Shown: in pieces, positions 30,063-39,422 of the stretch
How positions within the stretch are numbered: position 1 is the first letter of the stretch
How the letters are laid out: every line of letters begins with the position of its first letter
NCBI GenBank assembly: GCA_964621445.1
Contig: CAZUNO010000012.1
Coordinates: forward strand, 1 to 64,000
Direction of reading: 5' to 3'
Source of the DNA: Candidatus Hadarchaeota archaeon
Lineage (GTDB): Archaea; CAYQAE01; CAYVLA01
Length of the DNA: 64,000 nt
Notes under the pieces: model-generated
What the model was told of the DNA's origin: nothing
The model's database searches: none
What the model saw: only the letters and a program-made list of their open reading frames with translations
Made by a program: the position numbers and the translations under genes

Positions 30063-30820
30063 CAGTCCTCACCTTGCCGAGGGTGACCAAGGTCTTCAAT
30101 CTTTCCAAGTATGGTTCCATCGATCAGGATTACGGTTGACCCTGGAATATCGAGACAATTGCTTGCCATGGGTCCCAGAGGCTTATCCACGTTAAAGCCC
30201 GTTCCTCCAAGCAATTTATTGAAACTGGGGAGAACGATGACCTTGAGGTCCCGATTATATTCCCCCATTCTCGAGGGATACCTTTCCTCCAGTTTCTCCC
30301 AGATCGGGTTGGACTCGATGAAACAGGGGAGTCTCTTCTCCACTCCCAAGGCGTCCTTTAGCACGATGGCCGGGTGACTATGGCCCATAACCAGGTATTT
30401 ACAGTCCAGTAGGTCACGTTCAGGCCAGGTATGTCCGTGAAAGAACCCTACCCCACCCCGCACCTCCCCGCGGGTTTTTCCAAATGAAACCTTATCCGCA
30501 TGTATGATGGACTCCAAACCACCGTCGTGGTTGCCCTTGATTATGGTGGTTTCCACGGGCATGGCCCTAGCGAACTGCTCAAGCTCTTCGAACTCCCAGT
30601 CGCCCACGTACGGAATATTGTGCTTGAAATCACCAAGGATTATCAACTCTCTGGGATCTAGCCTCTCGGATAGAGAAAGTAGGCGCTTCCTCATCTCCCC
30701 GGTCTGGGAGGGGATTCTTAGGCCATTCTGAAGAAGTTCAAATTCATAACCCAGGTGTAGGTCGGCTACTACTAGCACGTCCTCTCCGGATAGGAATAGT
30801 CCCCTATTCACTGGGCGCAT
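30062..30820 (-). CDS. Calcineurin-like metallophosphoesterase
   Basis: ADLHLG, LGDFKH, GNHD, HGH, GHSHP. Confidence 0.9.
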   Translation of the reverse strand: MRPVNRGLFLSGEDVLVVADLHLGYEFELLQNGLRIPSQTGEMRKRLLSLSERLDPRELIILGDFKHNIPYVGDWEFEELEQFARAMPVETTIIKGNHDGGLESIIHADKVSFGKTRGEVRGGVGFFHGHTWPERDLLDCKYLVMGHSHPAIVLKDALGVEKRLPCFIESNPIWEKLEERYPSRMGEYNRDLKVIVLPSFNKLLGGTGFNVDKPLGPMASNCLDIPGSTVILIDGTILGKIEDLGHPRQGED

Positions 30821-30886
30821 CTGACCTAGGTGGTAGCGGTCACTGAAAAGTGCTCGCGCCGATTAGGTTTTTTCTCGATGGATGGC

Positions 30887-32023
30887 TCATTCAATTTCCA
30901 CGGAGGGAGGGTTTATGAAATCGTGATACTTCTCTCCAGCCTCTGCCTTCTCGGTTGTCCCGTCATGGATGTAAAGCCTGTAACGGAAGCTTAGGGTCTC
31001 ACCTGCACCGAGCTTATAGTCGCCGTTGGCCGGTTTATCTCCGTAGAAATAGGATAGCCCGAAACAATTTGCGGTCATCAGGCCATAATTTCTCACGTGC
31101 CAGTTCGTGGGATGTCGCAGGTTATCGGTGTCCTCGAATACGGTGATACCGGCGGTCTTTCCCTCGGTGGGTCCGTAATAGTCACACCAGTGGGCCTTCT
31201 TCCCCCAGGTCTCGGGCTCATTCACCCCACCATAGGAGTTGATAATGGTCCCCTCTCTCTTTACGTCCATTGAACTTGCCACCCTCACTGAGATTATGCC
31301 TCCTTCCTTGGTATCACCAAAGACCACATCTCCTTCGGTGGCTGTGAAATCCACATCGACATCGATTATGTATCCTTTATCCCCGACATTGTAGAAGGTG
31401 AAGGCGCTCCTCTCTTCCATAATTTTGTTCTTATCGGCATCTACCCAGTCGTTTAGGGTCGATATTTTGGCAAAAACCGGGCCTGACGTGCGATCTAGGA
31501 AATCTCGATGCAGGGTAAAGCCGTGTCCCTCTCCCTGGCTCCAATTATCTACGCCATTCACATCCCCGTGCGCAATCCAGATGGATTTATGATGGGGATG
31601 ATCGTCGGTCTCCCCCGGAACGTCCTTGATCATGGGGAATGACCTGGTGACCTTTGCACCACATGGAGCCCGGACCGGGAATAGGTAGGGACGAATGAAA
31701 TCCTCACCATCATAGACATATGTAGTAAAGGCCTCTCCATTTATCTTGACATCAACCGCGTTCTCCGCGTCTGAAAGCTCGGCAAGTCCATCCGCTTCCA
31801 TTTCCTCATCCTTGAGAACGAATTTGCGGCTTTCGCCTGCCTTAAGCTCATTCAGCAGAAAGGTGACCGTGCATCCTTCCTCGGAGGTCTCTACCTGTCC
31901 GGGAAATTTGTTTCCCTTTGGGTCAACGAGAACTGCTTTTTGGATATCCTCGCCTAGAGATATCTTGACCGGGCAATTTTTCCGATCGTGATTGCCGGCA
32001 TCTATGGTAACTTGTTTTTCCAT
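30887..32023 (-). CDS. PF14100 ('PmoA'/DUF6807)-like beta-sandwich protein, probably sugar-related
   Basis: RPYLFPV, DHPHHKSIW, WCDY, HPTNWHVRNYG, FRYRLYIH. Confidence 0.7.
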   Translation of the reverse strand: MEKQVTIDAGNHDRKNCPVKISLGEDIQKAVLVDPKGNKFPGQVETSEEGCTVTFLLNELKAGESRKFVLKDEEMEADGLAELSDAENAVDVKINGEAFTTYVYDGEDFIRPYLFPVRAPCGAKVTRSFPMIKDVPGETDDHPHHKSIWIAHGDVNGVDNWSQGEGHGFTLHRDFLDRTSGPVFAKISTLNDWVDADKNKIMEERSAFTFYNVGDKGYIIDVDVDFTATEGDVVFGDTKEGGIISVRVASSMDVKREGTIINSYGGVNEPETWGKKAHWCDYYGPTEGKTAGITVFEDTDNLRHPTNWHVRNYGLMTANCFGLSYFYGDKPANGDYKLGAGETLSFRYRLYIHDGTTEKAEAGEKYHDFINPPSVEIE

Positions 32024-32121
32024 TTGGGACTACTCTCCAGTAGGACCCCTTCTATTATTCTTATAACTATTATCCAGATTGACCAAGCTCTCGCTTTATG
32101 GACATGAGCGGACCAGGACAG

Positions 32122-33222
32122 TCATGTACGGTATTTTTCGATCTTTCTCTCGTCGATATCTATTCCCAGGCCCTTTCCTTTGGGCAATATGATTTTGCCT
32201 TCATCCAATTCCGGTGTTTTGGATAGCAAATGATCTTGAAGCATCCAAGGTCCTATGAGTTCCGCTCCATAATCGAATACATCCGAGGTTACGGCGAGCT
32301 GGAGGCCGGCAAGGGTACCTATGCCCAGCTCAGGCATGCTTCCCAGCATGCAGCTCATGTCCCACCCTTCCGCCATATGACCCAATTTGAGCGACGGGTG
32401 CAATCCTCCTGGTTTCATTATCTTGATGTTGAATATATCGGCCGCCGCCAGATCCAATACTCTTCGTCCATCATCCATGTTGTAGAGGCTTTCATCAACC
32501 ATGACCGGGATGTCGATTCTTCTCCTTAGCTCCGCCAATCCCTGAAGGTGGTCTCTAGGTAACGGCTGCTCGAAGACTGAAACGTCAAGTTCCTGTAGCC
32601 TCTCCCCCACCTCTATAGAGGTATCCAGATTATATCCCTGGTTGGCATCCACCTTTATATTGACCTTCTGACCCACTGATTCCCGAACAACCCTCACCCT
32701 CTCGATGTCCTTTTCCGCATCCTTTCCTATCTTGATCTTTATGGTCCTAAATCCCTTTTTTGAAAACATCAGTGACTCATCGGCCATCTTCTCCGCGGAT
32801 TTGAATCCTATGGCCCAAGATAGGTCAACCGAGCCAGCTACCGCTCCCCCTAGAAGAGAATTTATCGCGATTCCCAGACTCCTAGCCGCCAGGTCATGCA
32901 TTGCTATATCAATCCCTGCAGCTGCAAAGGTATTTACCTTCCTTCTACCCATTTCCATATGGAGCTTTTCGATCCTCAAGGGATCCATACCGATCAAATT
33001 CGGTAAAATATCCTCCGTCTCTTTGATGACCTTGGCCTGGGTCTCCTTAGAGTAGGAGGACATGGGCGCAGACTCGCCATAGCCCACCTCACCATTGCTC
33101 CCGATGGCCTTGACTATTACGTGCCTGGCATTTTCGGCAACCCCGCCGGTTATCTCAAAGGGTTCTATGAAGGGAACCGATACCGGAATGACCTCCAAAT
33201 CTGATACGATCATGCGGATCAC
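32122..33222 (-). CDS. Enolase superfamily, muconate-lactonizing/dipeptide epimerase subgroup
   Basis: KIKIG, VDANQG, FEQP, VDES, NIKIMKPGG. Confidence 0.88.
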   Translation of the reverse strand: MIRMIVSDLEVIPVSVPFIEPFEITGGVAENARHVIVKAIGSNGEVGYGESAPMSSYSKETQAKVIKETEDILPNLIGMDPLRIEKLHMEMGRRKVNTFAAAGIDIAMHDLAARSLGIAINSLLGGAVAGSVDLSWAIGFKSAEKMADESLMFSKKGFRTIKIKIGKDAEKDIERVRVVRESVGQKVNIKVDANQGYNLDTSIEVGERLQELDVSVFEQPLPRDHLQGLAELRRRIDIPVMVDESLYNMDDGRRVLDLAAADIFNIKIMKPGGLHPSLKLGHMAEGWDMSCMLGSMPELGIGTLAGLQLAVTSDVFDYGAELIGPWMLQDHLLSKTPELDEGKIILPKGKGLGIDIDERKIEKYRT

Positions 33223-34295
33223 CGTAGTAACTGAGTTGCCACATCCAGATATATCTCCGACGCCTGTTTAACCTGGGCCAAGTCCACGAACTCATCCGGT
33301 GAATGCGCCTGGGAAACCTCACCAGGTCCCAATACAAGCGCATCGGCACCCGCATCATTTCTGAAGGGATCTGCCTCAGTCCAACCTCTAAAACCAATGG
33401 GATCCATGGCCATTCCCAACACGTTCTTTTCAGCTCTCAAAACAGAATCCAATAGTGATGAATCATGTTTGGTTTCCATTGGTTCCCCGCTCTTAAAGAC
33501 CTCCAGAGCCCCCCATTTCTCTGCCAGGGGGCAGATAGATGTTAAGGCCTCCTGGACAGAGGTACCGGGCATCACCCTAACGTCGACCTTTGCCCTGCAG
33601 TGGTCAGGAATCCTATTCGTTGTGTCTCCCCCTTTTATCACTCCTAGGTTGGTGGAGGGCTTTCCCACAAATGGGTGATCTTTAAATCCAGAAACATATT
33701 CATCAATATCGCGGTAGTAATCGACCATTCTGGTTATTGCATTCCGCCCTTTCCAGGGAGAAGAGCCGTGGCCACCGGTTCCCGTCGTTTCCAGGATCAG
33801 GAATATTAGCCCGCTATGAGCAACTACCGGAGACAACCCAGTAGGCTCACCAACAACCGCGAGATCACAATCATATCCCTTCTGGATACAGGTTCTCACC
33901 CCCCTGCTGGAGACCTCTTCATCAACGGAAATTAGGAGATCCAGGCGTCCTGAAACACCCTGCTCATCGACCCTTGAGAATGCATCAAGCATCGAAACCA
34001 GGCTCGCCTTGTCGTCGCAGGAACCTAGGCCCCTCACCAGATTATCATCGCATGTCGATTTCGGGACCGACCTACCACTAGGGGGGACGGTATCCGAATG
34101 GGCGTTTAAGCATAACACGGGTTTACCTGAACCCTTGGAGGCCAGCAAATTGAACCTATCATCTTTCATGGGGATGCGCGATACCTCCGGGGCGATCTTA
34201 CGGAGAAGCTCCTCCAAAAATATCATTATCTTCTCTTCGTTACCTGTAGTGCTCTCAAGATCAACCAGATCACAGAGAGTTTCTCTCAGTTTCGT
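33219..34295 (-). CDS. M20 metallopeptidase/deacylase (ArgE/DapE-like)
   Basis: AHSDTV, GLGSCDDK, VDEE, GEPT, HSPDE. The N-terminal ESTTGNE segment lies upstream of the ATG at 34226. Confidence 0.88.
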   Translation of the reverse strand, partial: TKLRETLCDLVDLESTTGNEEKIMIFLEELLRKIAPEVSRIPMKDDRFNLLASKGSGKPVLCLNAHSDTVPPSGRSVPKSTCDDNLVRGLGSCDDKASLVSMLDAFSRVDEQGVSGRLDLLISVDEEVSSRGVRTCIQKGYDCDLAVVGEPTGLSPVVAHSGLIFLILETTGTGGHGSSPWKGRNAITRMVDYYRDIDEYVSGFKDHPFVGKPSTNLGVIKGGDTTNRIPDHCRAKVDVRVMPGTSVQEALTSICPLAEKWGALEVFKSGEPMETKHDSSLLDSVLRAEKNVLGMAMDPIGFRGWTEADPFRNDAGADALVLGPGEVSQAHSPDEFVDLAQVKQASEIYLDVATQLLR

Positions 34296-34316
34296 AATAT
34301 CTCCTCATGATATCGC

Positions 34317-35153
34317 TTAGGATCTCCTGTCCTCTACCACTTCATTTGTAAGTACATCCAAGCCCTCAACCTCGCACTCCACGACATCACCTGGCACTAT
34401 GGGGCTAATTCCTTCCGGCGTGCCGGTTGATATGACATCCCCTGGCTCCAGGGTCATATGTCGTGAAATGAACTCTACTAACTCGTCTATGGGGAATATC
34501 ATGTCCCCCGTATTTGCCTTCTGTCTCACCTGGGAATTCACCCTGCATTCAAGCTCCAGGTCCTGTGGGTTTCCGATCTCGTCCCTGGTGGTTAGCCAAG
34601 GACCAAAGGGACAGAATGTGTCCAGGCTCTTTGATCGGAACCAAGGATTTCTAGCATCTATATCCCTTTTTTGCATCTCCCGGGCGGAGACATCGTTTAG
34701 AATGGTATAGCCGAAGATCTTTCCCAGAAACTCCTCCTTGGGGGTACGAGTAGCGAAATCACTAATTATTACGGCAAGCTCTACCTCGTGATCCACTCTT
34801 TCACAAATATCGTGATGTATAATTACATCTCCCTGCCCGGCCACCGCACTCGAAGCCTTTGGAAATATGATGGGTTCATCCGGAACCGACATTCCAGATT
34901 CCTCGGCATGTGCTGCATAGTTCCTCCCTAGACATACGATCTTACCGGGCCTGCTAATGGGAGGTAGGATATTTACCTCCTCCAGAGGGATTCCCTTTTG
35001 CTCCTGGACAATATCCTCGATTTCGTTAAGACTGGAGTTGAAGCGGGCAACCAGTCTCTTCATCGAACGGTGATAATCAACCGGAAGAACCTCGTCTCCA
35101 TCCTTGATTCCTATCCTCGTTTTTCTTCCATCCCGAAAACGTAATAACTTCAC
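34317..35153 (-). CDS. Fumarylacetoacetate hydrolase family protein
   Basis: CLGRNYAAH, DHEVELAV, NDVSAR, KSLDTFCPFGP, TGTPEG. Confidence 0.92.
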   Translation of the reverse strand: MKLLRFRDGRKTRIGIKDGDEVLPVDYHRSMKRLVARFNSSLNEIEDIVQEQKGIPLEEVNILPPISRPGKIVCLGRNYAAHAEESGMSVPDEPIIFPKASSAVAGQGDVIIHHDICERVDHEVELAVIISDFATRTPKEEFLGKIFGYTILNDVSAREMQKRDIDARNPWFRSKSLDTFCPFGPWLTTRDEIGNPQDLELECRVNSQVRQKANTGDMIFPIDELVEFISRHMTLEPGDVISTGTPEGISPIVPGDVVECEVEGLDVLTNEVVEDRRS

Positions 35154-35156
35154 CTT

Positions 35157-35777
35157 CTATTCCTCCATTACCACAACTCTAGCTGGAGCTGCATCTATAC
35201 CCTCTATTCTAAGTGGGAGGGCAATTAATGTCACCTCGTCTTCCGTGATACGGTCCAGGCCGATCACGTTCTCAATCTGGCACCCGCCCGCTCCCAGGAT
35301 GACGTTATGGACATTCAGGGTAAGGGGCAGGTCTACCACCAAAGCCCGCACCCCTTTCTCCACCAGAAGCTTCGCGAAACCGGTAGTGACCCGGGGAAAA
35401 TCATCATAGTAGTCATCCTGACCCCAGTGTTCATACCATCCGGTATCCAATATGATCCTCTCTTGATCGATCATACCGGGGGCCACGTCCCCTCTATCGA
35501 TTTCCTCATTGGGTTCCACATCAACCCTAAGCACCCTTGCTGGGCCGATCAGATTTTGAAGGGAAATCCGATCAATGGGGGTCCCTCCCTCTATCATATG
35601 CAAAGGGGCATCGATGTGGGTGCCAGAATGACTTCCCATTACAATTCTGCTCGTGCGGCAATCAACTTCCTCGTAGTTTCCCTCTTGGGATACCTTAACG
35701 CGCACGTGGTCCGGCCTCGGGAACCTGAACATGTCCGTGGTTACGGGGACGGAAATGTCGATAATCTTCAAAGCCAA
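35157..35777 (-). CDS. Cyclase / kynurenine formamidase family
   Basis: HSGTHIDAPLH, IEN, LPL..EGIDAAPAR. Confidence 0.88.
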   Translation of the reverse strand: MALKIIDISVPVTTDMFRFPRPDHVRVKVSQEGNYEEVDCRTSRIVMGSHSGTHIDAPLHMIEGGTPIDRISLQNLIGPARVLRVDVEPNEEIDRGDVAPGMIDQERIILDTGWYEHWGQDDYYDDFPRVTTGFAKLLVEKGVRALVVDLPLTLNVHNVILGAGGCQIENVIGLDRITEDEVTLIALPLRIEGIDAAPARVVVMEE

Positions 35778-35852
35778 TCACCGGGTGTTCTGCTCAGATG
35801 ATAACTCTCTTAAGGTTTTTGTAGATCAAGGCAGCTCTCTTAAAAATCAAAA

Positions 35853-37253
35853 TCAGGAGGCTCTGGACCACTTTGTTCCCCAATCCGTGTCCTCGATTAT
35901 TAATCCATCCTCCTCTAATTCCGATCGAAGGTTATCCGCGGTCTCCCAGTCCCTCATTTCTCTGGCCCTTTCACGTTCACGTATCTTCCTCGTCTGCTCT
36001 GCCGTCAGGTTTGGAGGTTCTGGAAATTGAAGACCGAATACTGATGCAAATCGATCGAATGCCTCTTTGCACTTGCCTAAAACCTTCTCGTTCCTAGCCT
36101 CCTGTAGATAGCCATTAATGGACTTTGCAAGTTCATGGAAAACACCGAGGGCCAGAGGGGTGTTGAAATCGTCGTCCATGGCATCCCTGAACCTTTTCTC
36201 AAAATCCGCCATCTCCTCCATCATCTCTTCTTCGGATTCATTTGATGTTCTAAGTGCGAAGTTCAGATTCTGGTATGCGTTTAGAAGCCGCTGACAGTTG
36301 TTCTCTGCATTCTCGATCGTCTCCTGCGTGTAATCCAGTATCCTTCTATAATGGGTAGAAGCGAACATATACCTCAACACGTTCACCGAGTACCTATCCA
36401 ACACATCATCTATCCTCACAATATTTCCCAGCGACTTGCTCATCTTCTCTCCGTCGACCATGAGGTGCTGTCCGTGAAGCCAGTATCTCACAAAGGTCTG
36501 ACCGGTATATGACTCGCTCTGAGCGATCTCGTTCTCGTGATGAGGGAAAACCAGGTCAACTCCACCCGTGTGAATGTCGATGGTTTTTCCCAGGTATTTC
36601 ATGGACAGGGTTGAGCATTCCATGTGCCACCCAGGACGTACCTTCCCCCATGGAGAATCGAAAAATATACCCCTTTCTATCTCTGAATCCGTGGATCTCT
36701 TTAGCAGCACGAAATCCCGGGGGTTATTTTTCCCATATTCATCAACATCGACCCTGGCCCCGACCCTCACCTGGTTCAAATCCACCCCGGAAAGCTTGCC
36801 GTAATCATGGAATTTTGATATGTCAAAGTAAACGCTGCCCTTGCTTTCATAGGCATATCCCTTCTCCACAAGTACCTCCACTATATCGATCATGGATTGG
36901 ACGTTTTCGGTTGCTCGGGGATACTTCTCTGCTGGCAGGATATTCAGCCGGTCCAGACCCTCAAAAAATATCTGTTCATATCTCCTGGTGTAATCCTCCA
37001 ATTTTTCCCCCATTTCAGCAGATCTCTGAATCGTCTTGTCATCGATATCGGTAATATTCACCACCTGGTGAACTTCATATCCTGAGAACTCCAGGTACCG
37101 ACGTATGTTATCATTCATTACAAAGCTCCTGTAGTTCCCAAGATGCGGCTCATCATAAACGGTCGGGCCGCAGCAATACATGGTTACCTGGCCTTCCTTT
37201 AGGGGCGAAAATTTCTCCTTTTCTCTAGATAACGTGTTGTATACCTTGAGCAT
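35853..37253 (-). CDS. cysS: Cysteine--tRNA ligase
   Basis: CGPTVYD, HLGN, RPGWHMEC, FPHHENE, KMSKS. Confidence 0.97.
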   Translation of the reverse strand: MLKVYNTLSREKEKFSPLKEGQVTMYCCGPTVYDEPHLGNYRSFVMNDNIRRYLEFSGYEVHQVVNITDIDDKTIQRSAEMGEKLEDYTRRYEQIFFEGLDRLNILPAEKYPRATENVQSMIDIVEVLVEKGYAYESKGSVYFDISKFHDYGKLSGVDLNQVRVGARVDVDEYGKNNPRDFVLLKRSTDSEIERGIFFDSPWGKVRPGWHMECSTLSMKYLGKTIDIHTGGVDLVFPHHENEIAQSESYTGQTFVRYWLHGQHLMVDGEKMSKSLGNIVRIDDVLDRYSVNVLRYMFASTHYRRILDYTQETIENAENNCQRLLNAYQNLNFALRTSNESEEEMMEEMADFEKRFRDAMDDDFNTPLALGVFHELAKSINGYLQEARNEKVLGKCKEAFDRFASVFGLQFPEPPNLTAEQTRKIRERERAREMRDWETADNLRSELEEDGLIIEDTDWGTKWSRAS

Positions 37254-37304
37254 TACATCCCTCCGATGAGGGGAATCTCATTATATGTTTTGGAGACTCC
37301 ACGT

Positions 37305-37508
37305 TCAAAAATGGGTCCGGGGCCTAAAGCCGGGCACTACCTCTTTTACCGGTAAGGGAACTCCATTCCTCACGTAGTTCATAGTAGATCGGCCCAAATC
37401 CCAGGCTGACAACCACCACCGCCAAAAGACCTCCCAGTATAGGAACCCAGAACAGGAGGATGCTAAAAGAAACATGGAAAGAGCGATTATTAACAGAATC
37501 TCCTTCAA
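37305..37508 (-). CDS. Small putative secreted/membrane peptide
   Basis: MKEILLIIALSMFLLASSC signal- or lipobox-like N-terminus, Trp-rich. Confidence 0.4.
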   Translation of the reverse strand: MKEILLIIALSMFLLASSCSGFLYWEVFWRWWLSAWDLGRSTMNYVRNGVPLPVKEVVPGFRPRTHF

Positions 37509-37678
37509 TTTATCACAACCCCGTGAGCGAGACTTGAATCAAACAGGCGTGAGGGATTCCCGCCCCTTTCATTGACAAAGTTTGGCTTTTGGGTGACTCC
37601 TAACGAATTGGCGGTAATCAAACATCAACTGCCCTCTTGAAACCGAATGCTCCCTTACGGCTACACAGGCGTTTGTGA

Positions 37679-39346
37679 TCAAATATCCCCTGGCTCGATA
37701 ATCGAAGCCCCCCTAATGGGTTTAACTACCTCGCAAAAAGGTGACAGACCCCGAGGTTCATAATAGCGCTCCTTCATCTCCCTTAGCAGGGAATCCACCG
37801 CCCCACGCTCGGCAAGGATCCTTATCGACCCCCCAAAGCCAGCCCCGGTCAAGCCGGCTCCCAACACCCCGGTAACGGAATTTGCTATGTCCACCATCTC
37901 ATCCAACTCCGGAGAGCTGCATCCATAACCGCCGGACTGGAGGTGTATCTGGGCCCTTCTGGCCCTCTTCTCCTCGCCGCTATTCAGATCGGCAATTAGC
38001 CCTCCAAGATACTCATCACTAACCGTGTTGTCCAAGGGCCTCCACCTCTCTTCCTGATCATCGTATGACACCACCCGGTCACCATCGTGCTCGATGGACA
38101 TCAATCTCCCCACCTCCTCAATATCCCCGGAACGGACCACATCCGCGAATATCCTACCCCTTTCACATTCCGAAATTCCAAACAAGGCCACTGAACGTAT
38201 GCGATAGCCTCTGTCCGGTGGTTTATGGGTACGGAAGATCCGCTCCAATTTATTCTTTTGACACGGGAATCTCCCCAATAAGTCCTCCCTGGTTGCCCTG
38301 GTCGGAAGGGCTAGAACCATCCTATAGATATCCTCCAGTGGAATTCTTAGAGGGTTTATATCCCTAAGATGTTCGGTCCTGCGGATGAGTCCATCATCCA
38401 AGCCGAGATCCCTCATGGCCTCCTTAGCCAGGATCAGTACCATGTTATAGGCGGCTATCGTCTGGTTATAAGCATCCAGAACCTCACCCGCCTTATGCGC
38501 CGATTTTCTGGAATCACATACCACTATGCTGTATCCGTTGGGAAGAGGAATATACTCCTCGACTTTGAAGGGAAAGAACCGAAGATGGGATATCCTTTCC
38601 GGCAGGCATACTAACATGGCCGCGTGATCTCCGGCCCCGCCCCTGGTACCAACATACCATTCCGCCTCTCCACAGAGTTCCACCAGTTCCTCCTTCCCAA
38701 TATCCAATTGATTTACGGCCAGGGTCAATAAACTGGATATCACCACCATGGCGGAAGAAGATGATAGACCCGAGGATCTGGGGATGTCCCCGTAAAAGGC
38801 CACATCCATGCCCTTCAAGCTAATATCTGAAAACCTTCTCTGCAATCGAAGAACCGCGGCCTTCACATAATTGGACCAATCACTCTGCTGCTCGGACACC
38901 CTTTTCATAACCGGATCTGAATTCAGGTAATCAAGCCAGCTTGACCCTTCACCTATCTCCATCTCATCTCCAATGGAGAAATTCCGGTCAGGGAAACGGT
39001 CGCTCCTGACATCAGTAATTCTTACGATGTCATCGGCTCTTTTGGCAGCCGCTGCCAGGATCTCACGGCTATGCGTAACGTAGTTCACATAGCCCCCTCG
39101 ATGCTCCACGTGCATCCCCATCAAATTTACCCTACAGGGACATCTGGCCAGGAATACAGGGCGATCGGTTCCAAATCTATCCTCGAAATGGTTCAATAAT
39201 TCCCCAAAACTGGAAATCTTGTCCTTCACAATCCCGTTATCCCCATAGACAGCCGCTAAAACGGAATTCAACCCTCCCCCTAATTGACCTCTCCACCAAA
39301 TGATATCTCTAGAAGCAGGCAAATAATCACCATAGGAAGATGGCAA
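37679..39346 (-). CDS. GHMP sugar kinase, galactokinase-like
   Basis: PCRVNLMGMH, IPRSSGLSSS, GAGLTGAGFGG. Confidence 0.85.
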   Translation of the reverse strand: MPSSYGDYLPASRDIIWWRGQLGGGLNSVLAAVYGDNGIVKDKISSFGELLNHFEDRFGTDRPVFLARCPCRVNLMGMHVEHRGGYVNYVTHSREILAAAAKRADDIVRITDVRSDRFPDRNFSIGDEMEIGEGSSWLDYLNSDPVMKRVSEQQSDWSNYVKAAVLRLQRRFSDISLKGMDVAFYGDIPRSSGLSSSSAMVVISSLLTLAVNQLDIGKEELVELCGEAEWYVGTRGGAGDHAAMLVCLPERISHLRFFPFKVEEYIPLPNGYSIVVCDSRKSAHKAGEVLDAYNQTIAAYNMVLILAKEAMRDLGLDDGLIRRTEHLRDINPLRIPLEDIYRMVLALPTRATREDLLGRFPCQKNKLERIFRTHKPPDRGYRIRSVALFGISECERGRIFADVVRSGDIEEVGRLMSIEHDGDRVVSYDDQEERWRPLDNTVSDEYLGGLIADLNSGEEKRARRAQIHLQSGGYGCSSPELDEMVDIANSVTGVLGAGLTGAGFGGSIRILAERGAVDSLLREMKERYYEPRGLSPFCEVVKPIRGASIIEPGDI

Positions 39347-39422
39347 GTGTTACGCTTGGATAACATCCCCAGGGTAACCAATTAATATCTTCTGCTCTCC
39401 ACAGATCCGGAGACTGTAGGAA

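Noticed and set aside
30887-32023. Particulate methane monooxygenase subunit A
   Set aside because: The Pfam name 'PmoA' is misleading here: the protein is soluble with no TM helices, and pmoB/pmoC are absent.
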